From positions 118,759 to 182,758 of the forward strand of contig DPGH01000012.1 in assembly GCA_003523255.1 (NCBI GenBank): a stretch of DNA of 64,000 nucleotides. The letters run 5' to 3'. The DNA comes from Clostridiales bacterium (lineage in GTDB: Bacteria; Bacillota; Clostridia; Christensenellales; Borkfalkiaceae). The notes under the pieces were generated by a model, which saw only the letters and a list, made by a program, of their open reading frames with translations, was not told the DNA's origin and did not search any database. Both the position numbers and the translations under genes were made by a program. Positions 1-11,073 of the stretch are shown in pieces; position 1 is the first letter of the stretch; every line of letters begins with the position of its first letter.

Positions 1-1
1 G

Positions 2-433
2 ATAGATAACCCTAAGGTAAAGTTGATTGTTTTTGGCTCGGTTGTTAACGAACTGAAACCTAAAATAGAAGAACTAACGCATGGATGTGATAACGTTTTA
101 TATGTCGGGTGGATTAGTTCGGAACAGTCTTACGATTATTTTGAGGCAGCAGACTTAGTTGTTTTTCCTGGGAGACACTCTGTTTTTTGGGAGCAGGTAG
201 TTGGACAGGGTAAACCAATGATTGTAAAATATTGGGATGGCACTACCCATGTTGATTTAGGTGGAAACGTGGAGTTTTTATATAACGATAGTGTTGAAGA
301 AATAGAAAAGAAATTATTGTGTGTAATGCAGCCTACCGTTATTTCAAAAATGAAAGAAGTGGCTGAGCAAGAGGGAATGCAGATGTTTTCTTATAAAGAA
401 ATAGCTAGACGAAGTATTGAATTAAATAGGTAA
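2..433 (+). CDS. Glycosyltransferase family 1 (GT4-like), C-terminal fragment; reading frame is open to the window edge
   Basis: Frame open from nt 2 with no upstream stop. Translation ([21 protein letters not shown]...) resembles the C-terminal lobe of GT1 sugar transferases. AT-rich codon usage matches the neighbouring polysaccharide genes. Confidence 0.55.
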   Translation: MDNPKVKLIVFGSVVNELKPKIEELTHGCDNVLYVGWISSEQSYDYFEAADLVVFPGRHSVFWEQVVGQGKPMIVKYWDGTTHVDLGGNVEFLYNDSVEEIEKKLLCVMQPTVISKMKEVAEQEGMQMFSYKEIARRSIELNR

Positions 434-438
434 ATGAT

Positions 439-1623
439 ATGATGATAGCAGTAGCGGGTACTGGGTATGTTGGTTTGTCGATGGCGATATTGTTATCGCA
501 ACATAATGAGGTAAAAGCCGTAGACATTGTTTCCGAAAAAGTCGAAATGATTAATGCGAGAAAATCGCCCATAGTAGACAAAGAAATACAGGAATATTTA
601 TCAACTAAAGATTTAAATTTGATTGCTACGACTAATGGCGATTTCGCATATAAAGACGCAGAATATGTAATAATAGCCGCACCTACTAATTACGATCCTG
701 AAAAAAACCATTTTGACACATCGGCTGTGGAAAGCGTTATAGAACAAGTTCTTCGCGTGAACAAAAATGCGATAATGGTCATAAAGTCTACTGTTCCTGT
801 TGGCTATACGGAAAGCGTTCGTAAAAAATACGGTTGTGAAAATATAATTTTTAGTCCGGAATTTTTGCGTGAAGGACACGCTCTTTACGATAATCTATAT
901 CCAAGCCGAATAATAGTCGGCTATCCGAAAAGCGATGAAAGACTTTTAAACGTGGCTGAAAAGTTTGCAGGTCTTTTAAAAAACGGTGCGATAAAACAAG
1001 ATATAAACGTATTATACGTAGGTTTAACCGAGGCAGAAGCGATTAAATTATTTGCAAATACGTATCTTGCTTTAAGGGTTGCTTATTTTAATGAGTTAGA
1101 TACTTATGCTGAGTTGAAAGGGTTAGATGCTAAGTCTATAATTGACGGTGTATCTTTAGATCCAAGAATAGGAGATTTTTATAATAACCCGTCTTTCGGT
1201 TATGGGGGCTACTGCTTACCAAAAGATACAAAGCAATTAATGGCTAATTATGCAAATGTACCACAAAATTTGATTTCGGCAATAGTTGAATCAAACTGCA
1301 CAAGAAAAGATTTTATAGCAGATCAGATAATAAAAAAACATCCTAGGAAAGTTGGAATTTATAGACTTACGATGAAGGCAAACAGTGATAATTTTCGACA
1401 TTCGTCCATACAAGGTGTAATGAAACGAATTAAAGCAAAAGGGATAGAAGTTATTATTTATGAGCCGACTATGAAAGAAAGCAGTTTTTTTGATAGTCAA
1501 GTTATAAAAAGTTTGGAAGAATTTAAAAAACAATCTGATATAATCATAACGAATCGTTATTCGAATGAACTTAATGATGTGTCAGAAAAGATTTATACAC
1601 GTGATCTGTTTTTTAGAGATTAA
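439..1623 (+). CDS. ugd: UDP-glucose 6-dehydrogenase
   Basis: N-terminal Rossmann motif [11 protein letters not shown] and the catalytic-Cys motif [14 protein letters not shown] typical of the UDP-glucose/GDP-mannose dehydrogenase family. Length is 394 aa. Confidence 0.9.
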   Translation: MMIAVAGTGYVGLSMAILLSQHNEVKAVDIVSEKVEMINARKSPIVDKEIQEYLSTKDLNLIATTNGDFAYKDAEYVIIAAPTNYDPEKNHFDTSAVESVIEQVLRVNKNAIMVIKSTVPVGYTESVRKKYGCENIIFSPEFLREGHALYDNLYPSRIIVGYPKSDERLLNVAEKFAGLLKNGAIKQDINVLYVGLTEAEAIKLFANTYLALRVAYFNELDTYAELKGLDAKSIIDGVSLDPRIGDFYNNPSFGYGGYCLPKDTKQLMANYANVPQNLISAIVESNCTRKDFIADQIIKKHPRKVGIYRLTMKANSDNFRHSSIQGVMKRIKAKGIEVIIYEPTMKESSFFDSQVIKSLEEFKKQSDIIITNRYSNELNDVSEKIYTRDLFFRD

Positions 1624-1639
1624 CCGTTAGGACGTAAAA

Positions 1640-2890
1640 ATGAAATTATTTAAAACATGGTTTCCGTATTTTATTATTTTAGGGCCAGTATCTTTTACAT
1701 TTATTACAACAATAATTGGTTACAACTATGCTGAGCATGATGCAGTATACAAATATTACAATATCGTAATAGCATTAATGTGCTATCTATATGTATTTTA
1801 TTTATCTGTCAGGAATAACTATAAGTTTAATGTTTATGGCCTTATACTTGCATTAGTTTTCGTTTCAGGCTATTTTTTTTCTTATCTTATTTTAAAAAAT
1901 AAATCAACTATTGCTTATGACATGTGGACATACTATATAATTTGGGCATTGCCCGCTTATTTATTAGGGATGGTGAGTTCACGTGATAAACTTTTCTTAA
2001 ATAATATGTGGAAATCCATTGACCTGTTTATGCTGGTAATTACAATTATAGTTGTAATAAATGGGGTTTATTTTTTGAAAAACGGTAGACAAACATTCTC
2101 AACATCTGGAACAATAACATATCAGACAATATCTTACTTGTCGGCTTTCGCTTTTGGCTTAAATTATTTTTTGTTAATTGATACAGAAAATACAAATAGA
2201 GCAGTTTTTTTCAGGAAGAATATATTCTATAAGATATTTAGCATATTGCTTTTATTTTTACAAGGTGTTTCTCTTGTGGTGACAGGAGGTAGAGGCGGGT
2301 TTATATTACTTGTAGTATATTTTTTTTATATAACTTTTTTTCAAAAAGCGGAAAAACGTAATTATTTTAAAATAGTAGTTGTGTTAGCGATTATTGCATT
2401 TGTTACAATCATTTTTACAAGTAATAATAAGGCAATTGACATGGGTCTGCAAAGAATATTTTCGTACATTACAGACGAAGGTATTGACATGAGTGAAACA
2501 TCCTATAGAGATGTAAATTATAAAGTAGCGTTAGACTTGATATCTCAAAGACCTGCGTTTGGGTATGGTATATATGGATTGTTTATGTACACTTTTTATC
2601 CGCACAATATAGTTTTAGAAATATTACTTGGCGGTGGAATTTGTTATCTTATTTTATTTGTTATTTTTTTAGTGTTTATATCAAAAAAATTTATAAGAAT
2701 TAAGAATTTAAATAAAAATTCCTTATTGATTTTTTTGATATTACTGTATGACTTAGTAATGCTTATGTTCAGTGGAACATACCTGAGTGCTACAGCATTG
2801 TGGTTTTTTATTGGATTTGTAATAAATTACAGGACTAAAAAAAACATTAATTATGCCACTAATTTGTTATCGGTAAAATACAATGTGTAA
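1640..2890 (+). CDS. Polytopic membrane protein, O-antigen/capsule repeat-unit polymerase (Wzy-like) or O-antigen ligase family
   Basis: 416 aa, about 10-12 hydrophobic segments and a large loop region. It sits between ugd and glycosyltransferases in a Wzx/Wzy-type locus. No recognisable catalytic motif, so the assignment rests on topology and context. Confidence 0.55.
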   Translation: MKLFKTWFPYFIILGPVSFTFITTIIGYNYAEHDAVYKYYNIVIALMCYLYVFYLSVRNNYKFNVYGLILALVFVSGYFFSYLILKNKSTIAYDMWTYYIIWALPAYLLGMVSSRDKLFLNNMWKSIDLFMLVITIIVVINGVYFLKNGRQTFSTSGTITYQTISYLSAFAFGLNYFLLIDTENTNRAVFFRKNIFYKIFSILLLFLQGVSLVVTGGRGGFILLVVYFFYITFFQKAEKRNYFKIVVVLAIIAFVTIIFTSNNKAIDMGLQRIFSYITDEGIDMSETSYRDVNYKVALDLISQRPAFGYGIYGLFMYTFYPHNIVLEILLGGGICYLILFVIFLVFISKKFIRIKNLNKNSLLIFLILLYDLVMLMFSGTYLSATALWFFIGFVINYRTKKNINYATNLLSVKYNV

Positions 2891-4001
2891 TCAAGTTTAT
2901 TTTTTTATATCATTATTGTTAAAGGCAAATGGTAAAGATTTCAGTATAGGTGGGGTTCAAACATATTGTTTTGAACTATCAAAATTATTCATGAAAAATC
3001 AGATGGCTGTTACGGTTTATCAATTTGCCGAGAAAGATTTTGATATCTTTTATGAGGGAATTCATGTAATCGGGAAAAAAGTTCCCATAAATAATTATAA
3101 TAAAGCAAAAAAAATGCTCTATAAAAAATTTTTAGAAGAAGCTAAACCTGATAAAATTAACGATATCTTGCTTTTTGCTACCGATTATATGATTGTCAAG
3201 AATGATTTTGTAAAGTCGATTGCAATTCAGCACGGAGTGGCATGGGATATTACTTCATATAAAAAAGAAGCAGACTTAAGTAATATTTTTAAAATTATTT
3301 ATAACTCTATTGGTTCAATAAAAAAGTATTTACGATTTAAGAAAGTAAACAACATTGTTGCCGTAGATTATAATTTTTTAAACTGGTATAGAACACAGGT
3401 TAAAAATATAAACAACAAAATCGTGGTGATACCTAACTTTGTCGATAGAGTAAAATATCGTGAATCGATAAATAGTAACGTTGTAAAAATTATTTTTGCG
3501 CGTAGATTTGTGCCTTATCGCGGAACTCGTTTGTTTGTAAACGTAATAGGAAAACTTCTTCAAGCGTATGACAATATACAGATAACTATTGCCGGCGAAG
3601 GACCTGATGAAGAGTACATCAAAGAAAATATAGGTGAAAATAAAAATGTGTTTATTACGCGCTTTTCTCCCGATGAAAGTTTTAATGTACATTTACAACA
3701 CGATATAGCGGTAATACCAACCCTTGGCTCTGAGGGTACATCTCTTTCTCTGTTAGAGGCTATGGGGGCAGGTTGCGCAGTCGTTTGTACAAATGTCGGA
3801 GGAATGACAAATATAGTTTTAGATCGGTTTAACGGCATCATGATTGCGCCTACGGAAGAAGAACTGGTTAACGCCTTAAAAGAACTTATAGATGATCGCG
3901 AATTGAGAAATGCCTTATCTCAAAGGGCGGTAGAAACTGTTCAATCATCTTTTAATAAAAAAAGATGGGAAAATGAATGGATGAAAATAGTTGCAAAATA
4001 A
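2883..4001 (+). CDS. Glycosyltransferase family 1 (GT4-type retaining sugar transferase)
   Basis: C-terminal EX7E-type motif EGTSLSLLEAMGAGCAVVCTNVGG and FARRFVPYRGTRL. Overlaps the previous gene by 8 nt (operon). Confidence 0.85.
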   Translation: MCNQVYFFISLLLKANGKDFSIGGVQTYCFELSKLFMKNQMAVTVYQFAEKDFDIFYEGIHVIGKKVPINNYNKAKKMLYKKFLEEAKPDKINDILLFATDYMIVKNDFVKSIAIQHGVAWDITSYKKEADLSNIFKIIYNSIGSIKKYLRFKKVNNIVAVDYNFLNWYRTQVKNINNKIVVIPNFVDRVKYRESINSNVVKIIFARRFVPYRGTRLFVNVIGKLLQAYDNIQITIAGEGPDEEYIKENIGENKNVFITRFSPDESFNVHLQHDIAVIPTLGSEGTSLSLLEAMGAGCAVVCTNVGGMTNIVLDRFNGIMIAPTEEELVNALKELIDDRELRNALSQRAVETVQSSFNKKRWENEWMKIVAK

Positions 4002-5010
4002 AACAAAGGATAAATATAGTATGAAATTATTAACAATTTCGATTGCGGCATATAAGGCGGAAGAGTATATAGTTAAAGCGTTAGAATCGATTATAGGATC
4101 AAAATATATAGATAAGATACAGGTTGTGGTTGTTAATGATGGGTCAAAGGATGGGACTGTAAACATAGTTAAAAAGTATATAGACAGATACCCGACCATT
4201 GTTGACTTAATAGACAAAGAAAATGGAGGCTATGGGTCTACTATTAATGCTTCGCTACAAATAGCAAAAGGTCGATATTATAAGCTTTTGGATGCTGATG
4301 ATTGGTTTAATACCTCGGAGTTGGACAAATTAGTGGAGGCATTGGAAAGCACGAATGCCGATATTGTCGTTTCTGATTATTGCCGCTATTATGAGCGGAA
4401 TGGACTTACAGAGAATATAAAAACTTTAAAAGTTGAGTATGATCATATTTATGATGTTAAAGAATTAAATACATTTACCATAAATCCAGCGCTTACAGTA
4501 AAGACCCAAATAATACAGGGGCAGATTAAAATTACCGAAAAATGCTTATATACGGACGTTGAGTTCTGTGCTAAAGCGATTATAAAAGCTAATAATTTTG
4601 TTTATTTCCCCTATTGTGTTTACTGTTATCGTATTGGCAGGGAAGGACAGAGTGTTTCTTCGGAAGGCAGGATGAAACATATAGCAGAGCATGAATATAT
4701 CATTAAAGAATTATACGAAACTGCATTTGATAAAATTCAAAATGAAGAATCTAAAAACAGTATTTACAGATTGTTTAGCGAGCATATTAAATATTATGCA
4801 TTTTATGCAAAACCGAATAAAGATAATTTAAACAGGTTCATTTCTTTTTGTAAATATTTGAAAAATAACGCTCCCGAAGCTGTTAATTATTTAAATAAGT
4901 GGAGTAAAAAATGTTATAAGCATCCAAAAATATATTATCTTCCTACATGCATTTTTATCAGGTGTGGGCATAAAGTAAAAAAGTTGTTCAGAAAAAAGGA
5001 CTTGAAATGA
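3991..5010 (+). CDS. Glycosyltransferase family 2
   Basis: N-terminal GT-A signature LTISIAAYKAEEYIVKALESI...VVVNDGSKDGT and the DxD motif LDADDWF. Confidence 0.85.
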   Translation: MQNKTKDKYSMKLLTISIAAYKAEEYIVKALESIIGSKYIDKIQVVVVNDGSKDGTVNIVKKYIDRYPTIVDLIDKENGGYGSTINASLQIAKGRYYKLLDADDWFNTSELDKLVEALESTNADIVVSDYCRYYERNGLTENIKTLKVEYDHIYDVKELNTFTINPALTVKTQIIQGQIKITEKCLYTDVEFCAKAIIKANNFVYFPYCVYCYRIGREGQSVSSEGRMKHIAEHEYIIKELYETAFDKIQNEESKNSIYRLFSEHIKYYAFYAKPNKDNLNRFISFCKYLKNNAPEAVNYLNKWSKKCYKHPKIYYLPTCIFIRCGHKVKKLFRKKDLK

Positions 5011-6488
5011 TATACAATAATTCTATAAAAAAGAATTATATTTTACAAAGCATTCTTACAATAGCAAATGTCCTAATCCCTTTGGTAACGTACCCGTACA
5101 TAACAAGGGTTTTGTTACCAGTCGGCACAGGTAAAGTCGCTTTCGCAAATTCGGTTGTTGCATATTTTATTATGTTTGCGCAATTAGGTATTCCTACTTA
5201 TGCGGTAAAGGAGTGCGCTGCGGTCAGGGAAGATGAACAGGCGTTATCAACTAAAGTTAAAGAGTTGATGATTATTTGTGTCTGCACTTCACTTTTTTCT
5301 TGTCTGTGTTTGTATGTTTGTGTGTTGTTTGTTCAAAAACTATATGCGGAAAAATGGTTGTATCTGATTTTGAGTTGTTCCATTTTTTTACAGGCAATAG
5401 GGATCGAATGGCTGTTTTCGGCAATTGAACAATATTCATATATAACTAAGAGATCGTTATTATTTAAATTGATTTCTATGATAGCGATTTTTATCTTGAT
5501 ACGCAAAGAAACAGATTATGTTCTTTATGCGGGCATATCTGTATTTTCTACGTCTGCTTCTTATATATTAAACTTTTTCTATTCTAAAAAGTTTATAAAT
5601 TTAAAGAAGACCCAAAAGTTGAATTGTAAAAAGCATTTTAAAGGGATATTGATGTTTTTTGCAATGACATGCGCGTCAACAATATATCTGAATCTTGATT
5701 CGGTAATGTTGGGTTTTATTGTCGGGGATACTGAAGTGGGGTTATATAGTACTGCGGTAAAAGTCAGGACTTTACTATTAACATTGATAACTTCACTGGG
5801 AACAGTTGTTTTGCCGCGAGCATCATATTATATTGCGCAAGATAAAATGGAAGAATTTTGGGGGTTGATAAAAAAGTCGGCTGAATTCGTGTTTTTGCTA
5901 TCAATTCCGTTGACGATCTATTTTATTATATTTGCGAGGCCGAGTATTTTATTGCTTGCAGGGAATGATTTTTATGGTTCAATACTGCCTATGCAAATAA
6001 TTATGCCAACGCTATTTTTAGTGGGGGCTTCAAATTTGACCGGTATTCAGATATTGATACCGCTTGGAAAAGGAAAAATCGTTTTAATATCAGAAATTGT
6101 CGGTGCGATAATTGATTTTGTGTTAAATTTATTTTTGATAAAAAAGTATGGGGCAGTCGGTGCGGCTTTTACAACTTTATTAGCGGAATTATTTGTTTTA
6201 TTGGTTCAATTGGTTGCATTAAGGAAAGAATTAAAGAAAATTTTTTACAATATAAAAATAATAAAATATTTAAGTGCGATAGTTTTGGCTATTATAGGTT
6301 CGTATTGGATACAATTTTTTATTACAAATAATTTTGTATTATTAGTTGTAACTGCGTTTTCTTTTTTTATTATTTATTATGTGGTATTGTTGATAATTAA
6401 AGAAACTATGGCGACGCAAATATTTAGGTTGTTTATATCAATTATGAAGAAAATTTTTAAAAGGAAACAAGAAAATGAAAAAGGTTAA
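5007..6488 (+). CDS. wzx: Polysaccharide repeat-unit flippase (Wzx, MOP/PST family)
   Basis: 493 aa, about 12-14 TM segments. N-terminal region is typical of polysaccharide biosynthesis protein (PST) flippases. 4-nt overlap with the upstream GT2. Confidence 0.75.
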   Translation: MIYNNSIKKNYILQSILTIANVLIPLVTYPYITRVLLPVGTGKVAFANSVVAYFIMFAQLGIPTYAVKECAAVREDEQALSTKVKELMIICVCTSLFSCLCLYVCVLFVQKLYAEKWLYLILSCSIFLQAIGIEWLFSAIEQYSYITKRSLLFKLISMIAIFILIRKETDYVLYAGISVFSTSASYILNFFYSKKFINLKKTQKLNCKKHFKGILMFFAMTCASTIYLNLDSVMLGFIVGDTEVGLYSTAVKVRTLLLTLITSLGTVVLPRASYYIAQDKMEEFWGLIKKSAEFVFLLSIPLTIYFIIFARPSILLLAGNDFYGSILPMQIIMPTLFLVGASNLTGIQILIPLGKGKIVLISEIVGAIIDFVLNLFLIKKYGAVGAAFTTLLAELFVLLVQLVALRKELKKIFYNIKIIKYLSAIVLAIIGSYWIQFFITNNFVLLVVTAFSFFIIYYVVLLIIKETMATQIFRLFISIMKKIFKRKQENEKG

Positions 6489-7725
6489 ATATTTAATTTT
6501 AGGCGCAGGAATAAGTGGTTTGACATTCGCGACACTTAAAAGACAAGAAGATTATTTAATTATAGAAAAGAGTAATAAAGCAGGCGGCTTATGTAAATCG
6601 TTTTATGAAAATGGATATGTGTGGGATGTGGCAGGACATTTTTTCCATTTTCATTCTGAAGAAACAAAAAAGTATTATATAGAATTGATGAATGGGGTAG
6701 AACAAAAAAATGTAAAAAAATGTGCAAAAGTATATTATTCCGAAAAAATGATGGATGCACCTTTTCAATTTAATATTCATCAATTAAAAACCAAAGAGTT
6801 TATTGAATGTTTGACTGATTTGTATTTTGCGCATAGTGGTGATAGTGCGGAAAATTTCGAAGACTATGTCAAATGTAAATATGGTAACGGAATAGCCAAT
6901 AAGTTTTTGATACCTTATAACGAAAAATTATATGCTTGTAAAATGAACGAATTGGAAAAAAATTCTATGGGGGCATTTTTACCAAAACTAGATTTTTGTT
7001 CTTTAATGAATTATTATCGCATGGATAATAATTTGAATGGAAAGACTTATAATGATTTTTTTATGTATCCCGTAAACGGATGTATGGAAGTGATCAATTC
7101 CTTGATGAAAAAACTTGATAAAGAAAAAATAAAACTAAGCGAAAAGGTGATAGAAATTGACGTAGACAAAAAAGAAGTCGTAACGGATAGAGAGATTTAT
7201 AATTATGAATACTTGATAAGTTCTGTATCTTTGTCAACTTTTATTGAATGTGAGAAGGGAAAGAAAGAAAATATTTTAAATTGGAATAAGGTTCTGGTAT
7301 TGAATATCGGTTTTGACAGACCGAGTATAGACAAAAATGTTTCGTGGATTTATTTCCCGGGGAGTGAAATATTTTATAGAGTTGGTTTCTATAACAATAT
7401 AGCCGAGACTCAAAAGTTAAGCGTATATGTAGAGATAGGCTACAGTAAGGAAGAAGAAATAGACATTGAATATGCTTTTAAACAAACAATCAATGATCTT
7501 AAAAAAGTAGGGATAATCGGAGATCATAATGTGGATTCATGGCAACCGTATATCATCGATCCTGGGTATGTACATATTACTACTGAATGTACATCGATGA
7601 TCAATAATTATATGTCAAAAATGAAAGAAAAAAACGTGTATATGATTGGTCGATATGCTCGGTGGGAATATTCAGCAATGGATGATTCTTTTGAACAGGC
7701 TTTTAAACTAAACAAAGAGATTTAA
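6475..7725 (+). CDS. FAD-dependent oxidoreductase, UDP-galactopyranose mutase (Glf)-like
   Basis: N-terminal dinucleotide-binding motif LILGAGISGLTFA. C-terminal MIGRYARWEYSAMDDSFEQA resembles the Glf C-terminus (GRLGTYRYLDMD...). At 416 aa it is somewhat longer than canonical Glf. Confidence 0.5.
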   Translation: MKKVKYLILGAGISGLTFATLKRQEDYLIIEKSNKAGGLCKSFYENGYVWDVAGHFFHFHSEETKKYYIELMNGVEQKNVKKCAKVYYSEKMMDAPFQFNIHQLKTKEFIECLTDLYFAHSGDSAENFEDYVKCKYGNGIANKFLIPYNEKLYACKMNELEKNSMGAFLPKLDFCSLMNYYRMDNNLNGKTYNDFFMYPVNGCMEVINSLMKKLDKEKIKLSEKVIEIDVDKKEVVTDREIYNYEYLISSVSLSTFIECEKGKKENILNWNKVLVLNIGFDRPSIDKNVSWIYFPGSEIFYRVGFYNNIAETQKLSVYVEIGYSKEEEIDIEYAFKQTINDLKKVGIIGDHNVDSWQPYIIDPGYVHITTECTSMINNYMSKMKEKNVYMIGRYARWEYSAMDDSFEQAFKLNKEI

Positions 7726-7728
7726 ATT

Positions 7729-8820
7729 ATGAAAACTATAATGCTTGTATTCGGGACTAGACCCGAAGCGATAAAAATGTGTCCGCTCGTAAACGAGTTA
7801 AAGACGAGAAGAGGAATTAAAACGGTTGTATGCGTAAGCGGACAGCATAGACAAATGCTCGATCAGGTACTTGATGTATTCAATGTCGTTCCCGATTATG
7901 ATTTGTCTATAATGAAAGAAAAACAAACTTTGTTTGACATTACTACCAGTATATTGGACAAAATAAAAACCGTGCTCGAAGACGTAAAACCGGATGTGGT
8001 TCTTGTACACGGAGATACTTCTACGACGTTTGTAACGGCGCTTGCCTGTTTTTATTTGCAAATTCCTGTGGGACATGTCGAGGCGGGGCTCCGGACATAT
8101 AATATTTATTCGCCGTATCCGGAAGAGTTTAATCGGCAAGCGGTGAGCATTATATCAAAATATAATTTTGCTCCTACCGAACTTTCCAAAGAAAATTTAA
8201 TCCGAGAGGGTAAAGATCCTTCTTCGATTTATGTTACTGGAAATACTGCAATCGATGCTTTGAAAACGACGGTTAAACCCTGCTATACGCATTCTGATTT
8301 GGAATGGGCAAAGGATAGTAAACTTATAATTATAACAGCACATCGTAGAGAGAATCTCGGAGAGCCGATGCATCATATGTTTAGAGCCATAAGACGCATA
8401 ATGGATGAGCATAAAGATGTAAAAGCAATTTATCCGATTCATATGAACCCGATTGTAAGAAGTGAAGCGGAAGAGGAATTGAGCGGTTGTGATAGAATAC
8501 GAATAATAGAACCGCTCGAAGTTGTTGACTTTCATAATTTTCTTGCAAAAAGTTATATGATACTTACGGATAGCGGCGGTATTCAAGAAGAAGCGCCATC
8601 TCTTGGTAAACCGGTTCTTGTTATGAGAGATACGACTGAACGCCCGGAGGGAATTGCCGCCGGAACTTTAAAGTTAGTGGGAACAGACGAAGAAACGATT
8701 TATAAAAACTTTAAGTTGTTACTTGAGGATAAAACCGAGTACGATAAAATGGCACAGGCGAGTAATCCGTATGGCGACGGTTTTGCATGTAAAAGAATTG
8801 CGGATATTATAGGAGAGTAA
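7729..8820 (+). CDS. wecB: UDP-N-acetylglucosamine 2-epimerase (non-hydrolysing)
   Basis: MLVFGTRPEAIKMCPLV, HVEAGLRTYN and a DSGGIQEEAPSLGKPVLVMRDTTERPE block characteristic of WecB/MnaA. It is the last gene of the AT-rich segment. Confidence 0.9.
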   Translation: MKTIMLVFGTRPEAIKMCPLVNELKTRRGIKTVVCVSGQHRQMLDQVLDVFNVVPDYDLSIMKEKQTLFDITTSILDKIKTVLEDVKPDVVLVHGDTSTTFVTALACFYLQIPVGHVEAGLRTYNIYSPYPEEFNRQAVSIISKYNFAPTELSKENLIREGKDPSSIYVTGNTAIDALKTTVKPCYTHSDLEWAKDSKLIIITAHRRENLGEPMHHMFRAIRRIMDEHKDVKAIYPIHMNPIVRSEAEEELSGCDRIRIIEPLEVVDFHNFLAKSYMILTDSGGIQEEAPSLGKPVLVMRDTTERPEGIAAGTLKLVGTDEETIYKNFKLLLEDKTEYDKMAQASNPYGDGFACKRIADIIGE

Positions 8821-8823
8821 TTT

Positions 8824-9870
8824 ATGAATATTTTTAACAACAAAACTTTGATGATTACAGGGGGAACGGGGAGTTTCGGTAACGCCGTTCTCAATCGGTT
8901 TTTAAAAACCGATATCGGAGAAATTCGCATTTTTTCTCGCGACGAGAAAAAACAAGACGATATGCGCCACGAGTTTCAGGAAAGAATGCCCGAAGTTGCG
9001 GATAAAATAAAATTTTATATAGGCGACGTGCGCGACATTAACTCCGTCAGGGGTGCGATGCACGGTGTTGATTATATTTTTCATGCCGCCGCGCTTAAAC
9101 AGGTGCCGAGTTGTGAATTTTTCCCGATGGAAGCGGTCCGTACCAACGTTATCGGCACGGACAACGTTTTAACGGCGGCAATTGAGGAAGGCGTAAAGTC
9201 GGTTATATGTCTTTCCACGGACAAGGCGGCGTATCCTATTAACGCGATGGGGATGAGCAAAGCGGTAGAAGAAAAAATCGCCGTGGCGAAATCTCGCAAT
9301 AGCGGCAATACCAAAATATGCTGCACGCGTTACGGTAACGTAATGTGTTCGCGCGGGTCTGTTATTCCGCTGTGGATAGACCAGATAAAACACGGACAGC
9401 CCGTAACGCTTACAGAGCCCACGATGACGCGTTTTATAATGTCTTTGGATGAAGCGGTTGATTTAGTTCTTTTTGCGTTTGAACACGGCAAAAACGGCGA
9501 TTTGCTTATACAAAAAGCCCCCGCATGCACTATCCGTACGCAAGCGGAAGCGGTATGCGAACTTTTCGGCGGCAATAAAGAAGAGATAAAGGTGATAGGC
9601 ATACGCCACGGCGAAAAAATGTATGAAACGCTTTTAACCAAAGAAGAATGTGCAAAAGCTGTGGATATGGGTAATTTTTATCGAGTGCCGGCGGACAACC
9701 GCGACTTAAACTATGATAAGTATTTTAAGGACGGAAACGACAAGGCCGTTACCATAACCGAGTTCAATTCAAACAATACCAAAAGGCTTAACGTAGAAGA
9801 AACGAAAGCAAAAATCGCTTCGCTTGCCTACATACAGGACGAACTGAAAAAGTTACGTTCCGAAAAATAG
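8824..9870 (+). CDS. fnlA: UDP-N-acetylglucosamine 4,6-dehydratase/5-epimerase (FnlA/CapE/WbjB)
   Basis: N-terminus LMITGGTGSFGNAVLNRFL is almost identical in pattern to S. aureus Cap5E. Length 348 aa. This is the first gene of the higher-GC segment. Confidence 0.9.
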   Translation: MNIFNNKTLMITGGTGSFGNAVLNRFLKTDIGEIRIFSRDEKKQDDMRHEFQERMPEVADKIKFYIGDVRDINSVRGAMHGVDYIFHAAALKQVPSCEFFPMEAVRTNVIGTDNVLTAAIEEGVKSVICLSTDKAAYPINAMGMSKAVEEKIAVAKSRNSGNTKICCTRYGNVMCSRGSVIPLWIDQIKHGQPVTLTEPTMTRFIMSLDEAVDLVLFAFEHGKNGDLLIQKAPACTIRTQAEAVCELFGGNKEEIKVIGIRHGEKMYETLLTKEECAKAVDMGNFYRVPADNRDLNYDKYFKDGNDKAVTITEFNSNNTKRLNVEETKAKIASLAYIQDELKKLRSEK

Positions 9871-9874
9871 AGTT

Positions 9875-11071
9875 ATGAATATACTTGTAACCGGCGCGAA
9901 GGGTTTTGTCGGTAAAAACCTGTGTTACGCGTTAAAAAACGTAAAAGACGGCAAGGATAAGACCCGCCATAATCTTATCGTAAGCGAAATATACGAGTAC
10001 GATATCGACTCAAACGCGGCAGATTTGGCGTTATATTGTCAAAAAGCCGATTTCGTGTTTAACCTTGCGGGCGTAAATCGCCCGAAAGACCCTGAGGAGT
10101 TCAAAAAAGGCAATTTCGGTTTTGCGTCTACCCTTTTAAACGAGCTTGAAAAAGCAGGGAACAAGTGCCCCGTTATGCTCGCTTCGTCCATTCAGGCAAC
10201 GCTTATCGGCAGGTACGACGGCGAATACGGCAGAAGCAAAAAGGCGGGGGAACAATTGTTTTTCGACTATGCGGAAAGAACGGGCGCAAAAGTACTTGTA
10301 TACAGGTTTCCTAACCTGTTCGGCAAGTGGTGCCGCCCGAATTACAACAGCGCGGTCGCGACTTTTTGTTATAACGTCGCTAACGACTTACCTATAACCG
10401 TAAACGATCGTTCGACCGAACTCGAACTGCTTTACATAGACGATTTGGTTTGCGAAATGTTTGACGCGCTCGAAAATAAAGCGCATCGCGCCGAGTTTGA
10501 CGGATTAAAAACGGTAATAACCGAAAAAGGCAAATATTGCGCCGTACCCGTTACGCATAGGGTAACTCTCGGTGAAATAGCGGATTTATTGACGGAGTTT
10601 TCAAGACAACCGCAAACGCTTGTAATGCCGGAAATACCCGAAGGGTCTTTTGCGAAAAAATTGTATTCTACTTATTTGTCGTATTTGCCAAAAGAAAAAG
10701 TAACGTTTTCGCTAAAAACGAACTCGGACGCGCGCGGGAGTTTTACCGAACTGTTAAAAACCGAAAAATGCGGACAAATTTCCGTAAACGTTTCCGACCC
10801 GAAGATAACAAAAGGCAAGCACTGGCACAACAGTAAGTGGGAGTTGTTTATAGTCGTTTCCGGGCACGGACTGATACGCGAGCGCAAGATAGGCACGGAC
10901 GAGGTTATGGAGTTCGAGGTTTCGGGAGATAAAATAGAAGCCGTGCATATGCTCCCGGGGTATACGCACGAAATAATAAATTTAAGCGATACGGAAAAGT
11001 TGGTAACGGTAATGTGGGCGAACGAACAATTCGACGCCGCCCACCCCGATACTTATTTTGAGGAGATATAA
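9875..11071 (+). CDS. fnlB: UDP-2-acetamido-2,6-dideoxy-L-talose/L-QuiNAc reductase-epimerase with C-terminal cupin (FnlB/CapF/WbjC)
   Basis: N-terminus MNILVTGAKGFVGKNL (cf. Cap5F MNIVITGAKGFVGKNL), an SDR domain plus a C-terminal cupin-like region. 398 aa. Confidence 0.9.
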   Translation: MNILVTGAKGFVGKNLCYALKNVKDGKDKTRHNLIVSEIYEYDIDSNAADLALYCQKADFVFNLAGVNRPKDPEEFKKGNFGFASTLLNELEKAGNKCPVMLASSIQATLIGRYDGEYGRSKKAGEQLFFDYAERTGAKVLVYRFPNLFGKWCRPNYNSAVATFCYNVANDLPITVNDRSTELELLYIDDLVCEMFDALENKAHRAEFDGLKTVITEKGKYCAVPVTHRVTLGEIADLLTEFSRQPQTLVMPEIPEGSFAKKLYSTYLSYLPKEKVTFSLKTNSDARGSFTELLKTEKCGQISVNVSDPKITKGKHWHNSKWELFIVVSGHGLIRERKIGTDEVMEFEVSGDKIEAVHMLPGYTHEIINLSDTEKLVTVMWANEQFDAAHPDTYFEEI

Positions 11072-11073
11072 AA

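Noticed and set aside
613-879. Minus-strand 88-aa ORF inside ugd (and many similar antisense ORFs in the track: 1291..1533, 3378..3692, 3560..3841, 3945..4217, 6560..6783, 7798..8139, 8197..8586, 9081..9641, 10672..10969, 11235..11837, 12624..13142 and others)
   Set aside because: Each is fully embedded opposite a CDS with strong family motifs. They have low-complexity or odd composition, no RBS and no independent support, so they are treated as frame noise.
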